From assembly GCA_040954595.2 (NCBI GenBank), contig CM082590.2, positions 930,001 to 994,000 on the forward strand: DNA of 64,000 nucleotides. The letters are read 5' to 3'. The position numbers were made by a program, and so were the translations under genes. The stretch comes from Balanoglossus misakiensis (Eukaryota; Animalia; Hemichordata). This document shows, in pieces, positions 22,962 to 35,813 of this stretch; the stretch's first letter is position 1, and every line of letters starts with the position of its first letter. The notes below the pieces were generated by a model, which saw only the letters and a list, made by a program, of their open reading frames with translations, ran no database searches and had not been told where the DNA came from.

Positions 22962-25900
22962 TTAATTGCAAAGAACAATGTAAGGGTTCTTTCTATTTTT
23001 CTAATAACATTTTTGTTGTATAAGATAATATATCTAACACAATAAAACAATTCAAATTGAGCTATGACTTGATTCCATTATATTTTTGAAGAAAATATCA
23101 TTAACTTACAACTAAAATTTTAAAGTTATCAGTCATGCATGTTCTGAGAATAAGATTGTTTTATCAACATTCGAAAACATGTCCCAAATATACAAAATTT
23201 TCAGCAGACTTTTCATATATTACAGTAAGAATTCCCCTCGAAACTGCAAACAAAATTTAAAAAGCAATCACATAAAAATGGCAAAATTTGCCAACAAAAA
23301 ACAATATTGACACTTCCATCATAGGGTTTGCTAAATAGTCTTGAAAACACACCTAGGAACCTGGAAACTAAATTTCATATAAGTATTGGTAACTGTTTCC
23401 GAGTATTTGACGAAAAAAGGCAAAAATCGCTCCAAAAATATACTTAAAAAATCTGTATAAGGTCTCAATAAAATACAATGTACACAACAATTTCTTAAGC
23501 AATCTGACCAGCTCCTTCTGGGGTTTTGACCAATTTCACATTGGACCCAATGGTATACAGACATGTACGAAATGGGACCCAAAGAGTAAAACACATCTCA
23601 AAGATTTTACATCTACAGCCTCACAAGATGCCAAATTTTACACATCTTTTTCTTCGATGACATTTCCCCCCAATGAACCATATAACTAGTATTTGCATTG
23701 GTTTGTCATCTCTTGGCGATGTATACCACAATAGTTGTCAATGTGTACCCTTCATATGCAGGCTGATTACACACTCGTTTAATATCTAACATCTTTATAT
23801 TGCAACATACAGCCACATTCCATCATATAAGATGTTCATGTATACCTATCAGTTAGCTTATTTGGATGGATAAATTTAAGATCGAAAGTAAAATCATGAA
23901 AATAACGAAAGCATGGCAACTCTGAGTTTGAGTCAAGGATATAATGTTGACTTTAAGGTTTTATTGAAATAACAGGGCAACCTCTCTACTATTTGAAACA
24001 CCAAAGCTTAATATGAACATCTTCCTTCTTTCCCTCAAAGTTCTATTCTGGGAGGAAAATTTGTTGCCAAGTTTCTCGACCCCTTTACCAAATGTCAGGG
24101 ACCAGATTTTTATAAGCATAATTTCAAATGACCTTGGGTGACTTTTTACCTACTTTCCCATATTGGGTGGAATGAAACACTGAAAGGCTTACCAGTAAGG
24201 TTAGACATACAACTTGTTTTATATTAAAATGAATTAACATGAAAATAAAATGAAATGGTTAATTTAGGACTCGCTTGATCTCTGGTAAACTCATTAAAAT
24301 GTGCATATCTAATTGTAGGCTATCCATTGGAGGTAGAACCCTGGACATGGACAACTTTGGGGTCAAAATTTTACGACAAAATTATGGGTGATCTCGGGTG
24401 AACTTTGACACACATTCCTATATCTTGGCATCCAGAGCTGATACATCCTTGACACTTGGAGTGGTGGATCTATGTAATGGAGTATTATGTCTGAGTTAGT
24501 CACAGTGCTTTTGCTGTGTTTGTACGTCTTTTATTCATCCATATTTTTTTGATATTACATTGGCTGTGTTTGCCAGTACATTTTAGCTGTTCACAAGTTG
24601 CCTATACACAATGTGTTCTCAAAGTAACATGCAGTCATTATGAGGCATATACAGCAGACAAAGTTGTGGTAAGACTGAACTTGCCCTTCTTTGTAATTAA
24701 AGCATGACTGGCCTGTCTTAGGTGGCCCCTACCTAGAGGCTTTACCCGTCATTGGCTCACAGTCTGAGAAATCAGCTCTGCAGGGAAGTTAACGATGTAA
24801 CCCACAATTCAAGCTATTTCCGCTTTCTTTTTATTTGAAACCTGGCTGAGGCCTTCTTAGGATCTACCCAACGCTGAGTAGGCTATCCCGTCATTGGCAC
24901 ACAGTCTCAGGGAAGGGAAGTAAACAGTTCAGTCTACCATGCAAGCCTTTATATTTTCCATCCTTTCGTAAGTGAAACATGGCTGCTGTAGAAAAATGCT
25001 GATCTCAAATTCATTATGTCAAACAAAAGCCACACTTTCAGCCATATTGGTTAGCCTGGCATTAGGTATGTACAAAATTAATGAGGCAAGACAATATACT
25101 CCATTACATAGTTCCATCACTCCAAGTGTCAAGGATATATCTGCTCTGGATGCCAAGATATAGGAATGTAGGGCAAAGTTTACCAAAGATCAACTAAAAG
25201 AGTGTCAAAAGATTTTGACCCCAAAGTTGTCCATGTCCAGGTTTCGTCCTCCAATGGATAGCCAAGAATTAGATATGAACACATTTAATGAGGTCACAAT
25301 AGATCAAGGGAGTCCAAAATTAACCATCAAATTTTAAATTCTTATTAATGCATGTTAATGTAAAACACTGTATCTCTAACCCTACTGGTATGTCTAGATT
25401 TAGGTACATATATACATGCGAAAGCTTTTGACAAGATAGTTAAGTTGTAAGATGTGTACATGAATCTTGACAATTGACTTAAAATATCATCAAGGCAGAA
25501 TTGATACTGAATGGAGAAATATACTAATTAAAGCTGCATGGTAACCAGCATGTAGATACCAAGATATGGGAGAGTAGGTCAAAGGTCACCTGAGGTCACC
25601 CCAAATTTGGGCAAAATAATTGGACCCCATACTTGTCTAGGTCCAACAAAAACCAGACCCCTAGCCCTATTGGTTCGCCTATAATTAGGTATGCACATAA
25701 TTAATGAGGTCCATTATGTGCTCAATGCCCCAAAAGCCAGGGCTCTAACTGCAGTGGATGCTGAGATATGGCAAAGAAGATCAAAGGTCGCCCAAGGTCA
25801 CCCAAAATTTGGGCATAAAATTTTGAGCCCATAGTAGGTCATGTCCACAAGAACCAGACCGCTAGCCCTTTTGGTTAGCCTGGAATTAGATATGCAGAAA

Positions 25901-28900
25901 AATGATGTTTCAGAAATAGGTCAAAGGTCATTGCAAAAATTACCAAAATATTTGTGTCATGTCCTGGCAGGATTGGTACCCATGTCCACAAAATTCATGA
26001 CTCTGGTGCTTTTACAAGAGGAGGTATGGGGAATATGCATATATAATTAGTTGTTTTAAAACTGGGTGAAAGGTCATGTGAAAATTGCCCCCAAAATTGT
26101 GACAAGTTCTGGTCAAATGATGACTCATATCCACAAAAAGAATTTCCTTGCTGTCAACATTATGACTGCAAAAAGGAATTTTCACTTTTCAATGGTTTTC
26201 AGAAAATCCAACATGGCCACCATAATGATCGACCAATCACAGTGCGCTTCGCAAACTTGATAGACATAGGTTAGATGACCACATACTCGGAATCCCGTGA
26301 CTCAGTAATTGCTGGTTCTGGAGAAGAAGATTTTTAAATTTAAAGTAGTTTTTCAGAAAAAAATTGTAGCAAAACAACTTTATGTTTGACGTTATGATTT
26401 TTAGTAGGGTAAAATGGTGGACAGAAGGTAGGCTACCTGCACACCAAATTTGAACTCTATTGGCCTTATAGTTTTCGAAAAGAAGTCATTTAACGGTTTT
26501 CAGAAAATCCGATATAGCCGCCAGGTCATGTGACTAATTAAATATTCACGGGCAACTGCATGTCTACTCATTGTCTCCTATCACCCTACCAAGTTTCAGC
26601 CCGGTTTCCTGTCTACCTGGCCAAATTTTTGGAGAAGAAGAATAATGAAGAAGAAAAATTTTAACAAAACCAATAGGGGCACAAGCCTTATAACATCACT
26701 GATGTTAATTGCAATGGGAAGATTTGTCTTATTAAAGCTAATTGACTGCTTGAGGTAAAATAATGAAAGTGACCGCTTGTGATTCACCATCAAACAGCTA
26801 CGAAGTCTATGGTACATTGTTTTTCCAATGATTAGACAAAGGATATTATACATCAACATATTTCAAACCTGTGAGAAAAAGAACATTCAGAATTTACCAG
26901 TAAATATTGGTCAGGTTATTACACACTGTGGACCCATAAGGGGATTACACAAAATTAGGTTTGTACAAGAAAAAAAAATCCCAAGTGACATTGGCAAGCA
27001 GATATGATCTACTATTATGAAACATGTTTTTTCAGAGAAAACAATATTTGTTCAACAATGACAAAAATTGCTTCAAACCAGAAAAATTCAAATATCAACA
27101 AACCATACATTATCTTACTTCAATCACCATAAGGAACATGCCTACCAAAGTTGGAAGCAATCTGACAAGTGGTTTCAAAGAATACAAATAGCAAACATTG
27201 CCTCAAGACCACACATGTGCAAATTTCACCAAAACATGTAATATTACTTGGGTTACCTATTGGAACAGGACTACCAAAATTTAAAAGCAATCTGACAAGG
27301 AGCTTCAGAGAAAATAACTTTTGACCAACAATGACAAAAATTGCCAAAAAATTAAAAGTTGCCACAATTTAATCAAAACTAACAAAGATCACCGTAAAGG
27401 AAATGTCATACTAAACTCCAGAGTGATCAGTCAATCACTGCTAGAGAAAAATTTTTTTTACCAATAATGTGGAATAAGACAAAAACAATAGACAATTCCC
27501 GATATTAGCTCAAAGTATATCAGGCATGTCATAAGGTATATACATAGAAATGTTCAAAGTAATCTGACCAGTTGTTGAGTTTCTGAGTTTGATCACTTTA
27601 ACATTTTAACAGGTAATTTGCACATTTTTGCTGATGACAACTTCGTTTGAACTATCTACAGACCGGCCTGTATCTACACACAAAATATTAAGGTGATACG
27701 CGATGTGGTTTTCAAGTTTTTTTATGAGGACGGACATCAAACAATCCATCCATCCATACATACATACATAGCCTACATACATACAGAAGCAACTGACTGG
27801 TAAGAAAGCATGAGCAAAAATGCAGCAAATCAATGTTGTGACACTGGTAGTAGGCTGTAATGTTTACTATATCAAGACAGTTTATATAAGATGAGTTTGA
27901 TGTGTTCATAATCATTCAGAGAAGCAAAATTTGAAAATGTAAAATTAATATCAATCACATGAAAACTGACAGCATTCTTATATTTGGAAATTTAGGTATG
28001 GTAATTAACACTTACAACACATGAAACTTTTGAATTGTCGATAAAATCATAGGGTAGAATTTTAAATGGGGTATCTATTTATATGCAATTGTGAAAATGC
28101 AACTGGTGGTCCTTTGGCCAGTAAGAGGAATCAGATTAATTCTACAGACACAGTTGCCCAGTCGATTAGGTCTTAGCGCTGTGAGAAGCGCCGGTTTTGG
28201 TAACTGAATCCGAGAAGTGCCTATATTTTTGGTAACTAAATCCCCATTCACAGGATACGGAAGAAACTGGAATCACTCAAGGTACATGTATGTAGGCTAA
28301 CAATCAGAATACAGAGAATACTTCTCCATATTCATGTTTAAATAGGATAAGATTCACAAAAATTGACACATCCGGGGGCAGGCAAAGTCATTTCCAACTC
28401 TGTTTGGAAATCAGGCCCATGTCTCTTGTTCCCTGAGACTGTCTGGTTCGAATAATAGCTGTAAGAACGTGATCGTTGACCGAACTGATGCCTCAATTTA
28501 GCAACATTTTACAATTTCAAGCTGTGCATATTTAACTCTGTTTCAACTTTGGTTGGGGGGATTAAAGCATGAAGCCACCCCCCCCCCCCCCCCAAAAAAA
28601 ATAGCGCTACTAACTTATGTTAGTATTTGTTTACAGTCAAATGTATTACCATCAGAAAAATGAACACGAAAAATGTCTTATGCAAACTCTCTCGAAGTTG
28701 TGTATTCTAAGGAAATTCATTCATTGGGTAGAATTTGTGATTTAAATGGTTACCTCAGAGTAACTGTAAAATTTGATCATCAATTGCTTAAAATGACCCA
28801 CAAAATATACGGCAAAAATTCATAAAGCATAAATAATACTCACTGAAACACCATGCAAACCAAGTTTCCAGGCCATCTCCACAACATGATTGGATTCAAG

Positions 28901-30248
28901 CGCATACTCAAATCGAATCATATATGATGCTGTGAGTTTCTTTCACTGAATACACACGTTGAGGTTCGACTTCTGGGATATAATTGTCTTGAATTAATGT
29001 GTAAGTGATTCCATACAAATCCATACGATTACCTGGATGTACACAAGTTTATTCAAAATAAATACAATAAAATAAAGACCCGGACATAATCAACACTGAC
29101 TTACACATATTTCTACAAAGACACATCAGCCCCGGCCGGGTGAAGAGTTCACATGAGAAATTAAATATTATTCCGATTAATTCTAAATCCGTCTTCAAAC
29201 GCACGTAGGTACATATTTCCATTATTTACTGTTGTCATAACTCTGTTTTCGCAACATTGATTCCGGCGTCTGTGGATATTTATACACCCAAAAACAATTA
29301 CACGACCGCGATTACACATTAAACATCGTGAACGCCTCCTGCCCGGGCCTGTTTCAAAGTCACAGCGTGTGCGGAGGAAATGTTGATAAATGTTGTCGTT
29401 TTTTTCGAAGACAATTTTCAAAACACCAGTTTTCTGAGAGGCACTTGCCAACTATTCTTAATAACATGTACACACGGACGCAATATTGTTAAAAATTACC
29501 CACCTTTGAAATATTTGTAGCCATACGTTCATCGACCAGGCAAAATCCATCGCGCGAGTTCCAGAGTTGAATCTCATGACGTCACATGACCTTTGCCCAC
29601 ACATCCTCGTTCATAACGTATGTTAATTTTGAGGAAGAAGTCGACCGGCCCGCTGCAACTTTTTATCAACTAATCAGGGCGGTTGTAAGGTTTTGATACA
29701 AATGAGGTCCGTCGCGTGTTCAAGTCGCAAAATAACTTGAATAACAAAATTGTCGACCGATGACATGCGACCAGCGCCGGACGTCCCGTGAATAAGCCAA
29801 AACTGGCTGTCAATAGGCGTACAATTAAAGGAATTATTACACCTATTTTTATTTCATTTGAGTGTTAAACATTCATTTATAAAATAACCATTTTATCCAA
29901 ATCAAGACATTATATTTCGGCTATGGTTTTCTATAATTAATGATTCATTAATAAAATTGTAGAAATTCATGTCCCTCAGAAAAATTCTCAATTCGTATTT
30001 GCCGCGTATAGACCACGTGACATGAAGTCATTGGGGGAAGTCGTTGCCAGTATGTAAACAGTGATATCGTTGCACAGCTTAGCCCAAAGCGAGAGTCCCG
30101 CGTTTCCATCATTATGGTCAAACGATGCATCGTCGGGGGCTGTAAAAACACCATCCGTAGTGTACATAGATTTCCGAAAAGCAAAGGACTGAGAGAAAAA
30201 TGGGAGCGCTTCGTACAAAACAGCCCAAAGGTCACTACATCGCCGTAA

Positions 30249-31582
30249 GGGAGCATTCGTTTTTACAGGGAGGGGGGGGGCGGTGGAAATCAGGGGGGGG
30301 GGGTTACTTTTACAAAGTAGTGTTTAGGGGGGGACAAATTTTATAATCAATGGTTTGGGGGGGACAATTTTTACAACAGATTTGTATGGAATTATAGCAA
30401 AAAACAACAGAATTGACCGTAAAGTGTATAAAATAGAATACGAACATGTCTTTATTCTGTGTGATCAGGTGACAACAAGTACACGTTTGATCGCAAAAAT
30501 AACATTTTCAGGCTGTATCATGGCAATATTATGACATACCAATGACTTTAACGGTACATCACTTTTAAAACTCTTTGGAAACTGGATTTTCAGACTTTGT
30601 TATCACATACACTCAAACAAACAGGATTATATAGATAAGAACACAAATATAGATAAGGCTGCATTCACAAACACCACTGGAGGGGGGGGGGCAGGAGAAT
30701 TGAGGGGGGGGGTTGAAAAAATTGAGGGTATGTAAGGGGGGATTTGAAATAATTTAGGGACTGAAAGGGGGGGGGCTTGAAAACTTTGACGACTAAATGT
30801 TTATTTTGAGTCCGCAAAAATGCAGTTTTGCGCCCTTTATTTTACAAAATTTTCTAATGTGGGAACCCCCTCCCACACCCACCCCCTCCATTCATCAACA
30901 CCTTTCAATCATTGACTGGTTTATCTATAGTGTCCCAGGTCAGGGGACTTGCCCCACCCCATGATAACTTTGAGCGGCGACGGTTAAATTTGTCCTCCCC
31001 AACATACCGGTAGTTGAGTTAATTTGCTTTTGCCGGGTTCATTAAAATGCAGCTTTGAGCTCTGTATTTTACAAAATTTTCTTACATGGGAGGGGGACAC
31101 CCCAAACCCACCCCCTTCAATTCTCGGTTTACAATGTCTCCCAACACAGAATTCCCCCCCCCCCCTCCAGAGGTGTTTGTGAATGCAGCCTAAGAACACC
31201 AATGGGAACCTAAAAGGAATCTAAAAACCCTTGTACAAAGCATTTGTACAAGTTGTATTAAAAAAATACTGTCTATGACATCACGTACAGCTACTGTGGC
31301 TATAAGGTAGAGTGTAATGTTAAAAACTGAATGTAATTCTGAATAGAATCATATGTCAACGATAACAAAGGTCAGTCTAAATATCTGACAAAGTTTGATA
31401 AGTTTAATCCGGTGGATAAATTTTTTTTTTTTTTGGGGGGGGGGGTCACATTTTACAATTGAAGAATTTAGGGGGGACACATTTTAGAAAAGTAATTTCG
31501 AGGGGGGGTTGCCTTTTACATTTAGTCGGCGACTCAAATTCCACCGCCCCCCCCCCCCTCCCTGTAAAAAACGAATGCTCCC
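30249..31582. mobile_element. PIF/Harbinger-type MITE (TAA TSD)
   Basis: TAA|GGGAGCATTCGTTTTTACAGGGAGGGGG..CGGTGGAA ... TTCCACCG..CCCTCCCTGTAAAAAACGAATGCTCCC|TAA. Confidence 0.85.
30657..31190. mobile_element. Second Harbinger-type MITE nested in the first (TAA TSD)
   Basis: TAA|GGCTGCATTCACAAACACC ... GGTGTTTGTGAATGCAGCC|TAA. Confidence 0.85.
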
Positions 31583-31937
31583 TAAAGGTAATGATGAATG
31601 GAACTGAACCGGTGTTATGCCAGTTTTGGGTAACCGGTCGCTTGTGAACAGGGAGTTTATGTGTGATATTTATGTATGAAATTTGTCGTCCCATTACGTT
31701 TTTTTTTCACAACAGAGATGTCAGCAATGATGTTTTAGTACGGACCGTGGAATGGCTAGTGCCGCGCACCGGGTTCTTTGTGTATATATCGGTGACCAGA
31801 CGAGCGCAGACCTCCGTATCGGGGAGGCAGATCTGCTACGAGAATATTTCAGTTTCACAGAACCACTCCCTGAACATGTTAGTGGACATATTTATTGTAA
31901 AATAAAAACAAACAAACAGAAAATGATGCTTATTCAC

Positions 31938-32207
31938 CAAACTATATTTCCCACTCGAGAAGACTCAGGCGAATCTGGACCCGCGCTTGCAGGCATTTCT
32001 TCGATCGGTACATCGACGGATTGCCCACCAGCCCGAACAGGTTGAGGAGATACCTCACGCCTTGCTGGTTCAAATCTATACGGCTGTGGCCAGGAATTTC
32101 CTGGAAAGCAGCGACGAAGAACCCAAAACTCTCCATCGCTACTGTCTGAATCATATACTCTCCCAACAAATTGCCTCGTCACTGACCGTGTTTACCGTTG
32201 ACGCCAT
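31938..32207 (-). pseudogene. Decayed first exon resembling P2X7 C-terminal (ballast)-like transposon accessory proteins
   Basis: Acidic DSDSSDGE, QPYRFEP and RVGNIVW ending at a TG|GTGAAT donor. Downstream Cys-rich exons were not found. Confidence 0.4.
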
Positions 32208-33499
32208 AAAAGTCAAGTAGACGACTCTCGATGCAAGGAATTGTACAGTCAGAACGTAAGTGGGGTAATTAACAGCCCGAACGCAGGTCAGCCGTTTGAC
32301 CGTTAATTGCCCAGTTTTTTAGTTCTGGTGACGCCCTCAACGTTCTGTCGTACACACAGCCAGAAGTGGCATGCGAAAGTCCCGCGCTTTTTTTAATGCC
32401 AAATTAACAAGCAGGGACGGCAGTTGAATGACTCAAACTGATAAAATGGCCAAAATTATATCTAAACTACATATCTGTATGTTTTTTGTTGGAAAAAAAC
32501 ATGTTTTCTTTGCAAAAATGAGCGAATTACGGAGTGACCCCAGAACAACTAAAATCAAAACACGCCGCACTTCCGGGTATTTACGAACTGCCGCACTTTT
32601 ATATAAAAATGAATTTTAAATTTAAACATAATTTTCAGTGAATTCGATATATCTTGTAATAAAATTTAAAAAATCATGATGCAACCCCCAGAGGTATTCG
32701 CTCAAGAGCTCCTTAAATTCAGCCCGTATTGTGACGCAACAGCCGCAGAGTAGCTCATAGCATTGCAGGTACTCGGCCGAGTTGTATCGCCGAACTGTTG
32801 CTCTGCAGAGTCTGCAATCATCAAATTTTCGTTGTGTCGAAATTGGCTAGCATGATCGCTGTATTTCAGCGTATAAATCTTGTACTGCCTCCCTTTGCTC
32901 TCTCTCCGTGCTGAACAGTTTGTGGAGAGTGGAAGGCCAAAGTCACAGGGGGCCTTAGTTGAGGATTTCATTCGTAGTCGTACAGCTCGTAGTGCCTATA
33001 TCGTGGACGCGGTCAGTCTATATATCAGAATAGACAAATTACAAAAGCTTGTTCTCAATAAACATAATTTCAGTCATTTCTTTTCTTTTGACACTGTGCT
33101 CAAGTCTTCAAACTATGAATCACTGTGGCAATCAAGATGAACCGTGGACATACGTGCACGTACACAGTGACCGTAGCGTAGCTCTGCGTGGCAGCCGGGG
33201 CTTTGTGTGTACGTCTGCGGTGATAAGACACGCAGCCCAGCCAAGCAGAGCTAACAGTGCCCGTAGCACCCGGCCGTAGCATCGGCAATAATGCGCTGAA
33301 AGTTGACATTGCAAATCGTAGGAATATATCTGTAGGAACAGAGTCATACACAGTTTTACAGTAATTTAATTTTTTTATTATATCCAAGAAAGTGTGGCTC
33401 GTTCCATGGTCACCAGACAAAACAAATCGCGCAGTTCACTTCACATCGTGTACACTGGCTGCGCCTGCACGAAACGCGGAAGTCGAGCCGCATCACGTA

Positions 33500-33830
33500 A
33501 AGTGCAAGGTTCACAAGAAAGCGCCGCACTTTTTTTATAAAACGTCTGAAACACTTCAAATTTTGCCTAGCGTTAGATTGATAAATAACCTAACTCGCGA
33601 TGTAAAAACTGTCGGGCAACCTTAAATATTTCTTAAAAGACGGATAGGTGAACTTGAGAAATGTCACAATAACTCGCGTTCACCGGCAAATGAAGGGTTC
33701 ACGAGAAAGTGCAGCACTTTTATATAAAACGTCCGAAACACTTCAAATTTCATACAGCTTTAGACTGATAAATTACCTAACTTGCGGTGTGAAGATTATT
33801 GTGCAACCTCCAATATTTCTTGAAAAACAT
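33500..33830. repeat. ~190-bp direct repeat x2
   Basis: GGTTCAC.AGAAAG.GC.GCACTTTT.TATAAAACGTC.GAAACACTTCAAATTT at ~33508 and ~33696. Confidence 0.7.
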
Positions 33831-34815
33831 CGCAATACCTCCGTTTTTCATTCACGGTCGATCGTGGGAAAAAACGTCTACAACCCAATCCCACCATGCT
33901 TAAGGCGCGATAATCTGCCAACATATCCGTACGATTCTAGTTTTATCGATACTGTTGTCATTTCAAGGTAAAGACTCTCCAATCGGACAAAATCGCCCGT
34001 GTTTTCTGAAGGTTAGCGCAACAACATAAATAAGCTACCATTTTGAAAATAGTCACGTGACTTTTTCCAATAAACGCCCTCATCGTTGGGTGGTTGCGTT
34101 CGGGCTGTAAACAGCAGGGGATCATGCAATGCAAACACTTGAACTGGCCAGTAACGTTTGAATTGCTCATTTGCATACAATTTTTCAACTTTTTTCACAA
34201 CGAAAGTTAAGCAACTTGCAACCCATTTCTGACAATTATTTCACCCCAGGCACATTACTGGTACTATGAGTGTACTACATGTGATTTTTCATGAAGTTTT
34301 ATCGAGACGAATTTCTTTACTTCCACTGACAAAATTGTGATCACGAAATTCAAAGTGACCTTGAAGTTAAACAAAAAAAAAAAAAAAAAAAATCAGCCAT
34401 ACCTACACAAAAATTAACCCCCTCAGGTTTTAGAAACATTATTAAACTCCTCTATTCATAATTTTGACATGAATATATCCATGCCGAGAGTCAAGGACCA
34501 CAATTTACAGTGCCATAGGTCAGTCCTGAGAAGTCAGTCAGCGTGGATAGTGTATAGACTCCGTATGTAATATGCTAATGAGAGATAACGATGCGTTGAA
34601 AAGGAAGCCATTACGTCATGGGTTAACATGCGTTGACTTAAGGCACACTGGCTCTCACACACAAACCACACTGGGACACACAAATTGGGCACAACTTTGG
34701 GGGAAACTTTAATACTGACAAAAACACATACTAATGGACAGTAGAAGTCTGTCTGTGTTTACTACAAAATTCTCCCAAAAACCCAATATAGTAGTGGTAG
34801 TCATAGAAAACTTGC

Positions 34816-35813
34816 TTACAATATAGAAGTAGAAAAAGGAAGCTGTTTGGCACAAAGCTTAACAGACTTAACTTTGAAAGGGAGGGGGAGGACCAAGTAA
34901 CGAAGGTATGCGTCACTCCTCCAATCCCCCATCAGCTTAATTACGTCACTGGGAACCCCACACTGTATTGCCCAGGATGCCCCTCCCCGACGGAGACTGT
35001 GTGAAGAGTATTCACTGACCTGCACCCCTAGGCGACTAAGATGGGTGCGGAGCTTTGAGGTGAACTGTGGGGCAGTGAGCAGGCGGAAGCTACCATTACC
35101 TGCAGGGATGACAAAGGCTGGGCCTGTAGGGGGTGCCCCCTTAGAATGCTGAAATGCCCTAAGGACTGCAGAAACAGGGCATAATGGGTGATTGCGAATC
35201 CATGGGAGAGGAACTTGAAGAACCCGATCCCGAGTTTGTAGCGTCTTGGTCCATTGAATAATGATGGTGAGACCCCATGCATGCACCTGGAAGGAAGCCC
35301 TAGTTAGATGTTTGTCTGGGTCAAACTTAGAGCCTGAAGGAACTAAGAAATTGGATTTGCGCAGCAACCCAAAGAAACCCACAAGGCAGGCTGCCCAAAA
35401 GACAGAATCAAAGGCTGATGAAAAACATAACTGACTGTGAATGCCCAATAACAATGTGGGGGTGAGAGGCAGCTTCCTGGCAACTGTAGTTCCCTTAACT
35501 TTGGCTATGCCTTTTAACAGCATGCATAGTCAGCAGCCAATTGTCTTGGAGTGGATTGGGGAAGCCATGCTCTAAGTGTAAAATACGAATAATATTTAAA
35601 TACTGCTTCACTGAGTTGAACTTTAGACGGCTGTGTAACGACAAACCAGGTCACTACTGGCTGGCAAAGGGGGATAACCCATCATAACACAAAAGGAGAT
35701 GTATGACTTCCAGTGGACAGAATATGTGCGCTGTGTATTTTCTGCAAAGGCACTTCCTCTATATGAGGCCACTTCCCTATCCAGATGTTCCTCCAGCTGT
35801 TTGACCTCTGGAT
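34816..35813 (-). pseudogene. Tyrosine recombinase (N-terminal part frameshifted)
   Basis: LLRKSNF, WTKT, HSLRRGGA, GDWRSDAYLRYL. The N-terminal SAFAENTQRTYSVHWKSY overlaps the pol end. Confidence 0.92.

Larger units (their letters stand above)
17143..29828 (+). repeat. Left arm of giant inverted duplication
   Basis: Reverse complement of 53004-64000. Mirrored ORF pairs include 17547/63604, 18226/62909, 24972/56999 and 29451/53381. The true outer boundary is not visible because the right arm leaves the window. Confidence 0.97.

Noticed and set aside
26381-27238. TA-flanked Tc1/mariner insertion in the left arm
   Set aside because: No TIRs, and the segment continues the flanking repeat elements. 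Better explained as a microhomology deletion in the right arm.
29161-29451. ORF conserved at 53381-53671
   Set aside because: Conservation is explained by the recent duplication; no recognisable domain.
32700-33420. GC-richer stretch with several short ORFs (possible decayed transposon gene)
   Set aside because: No motif recognised in any frame; cannot be supported without a search.
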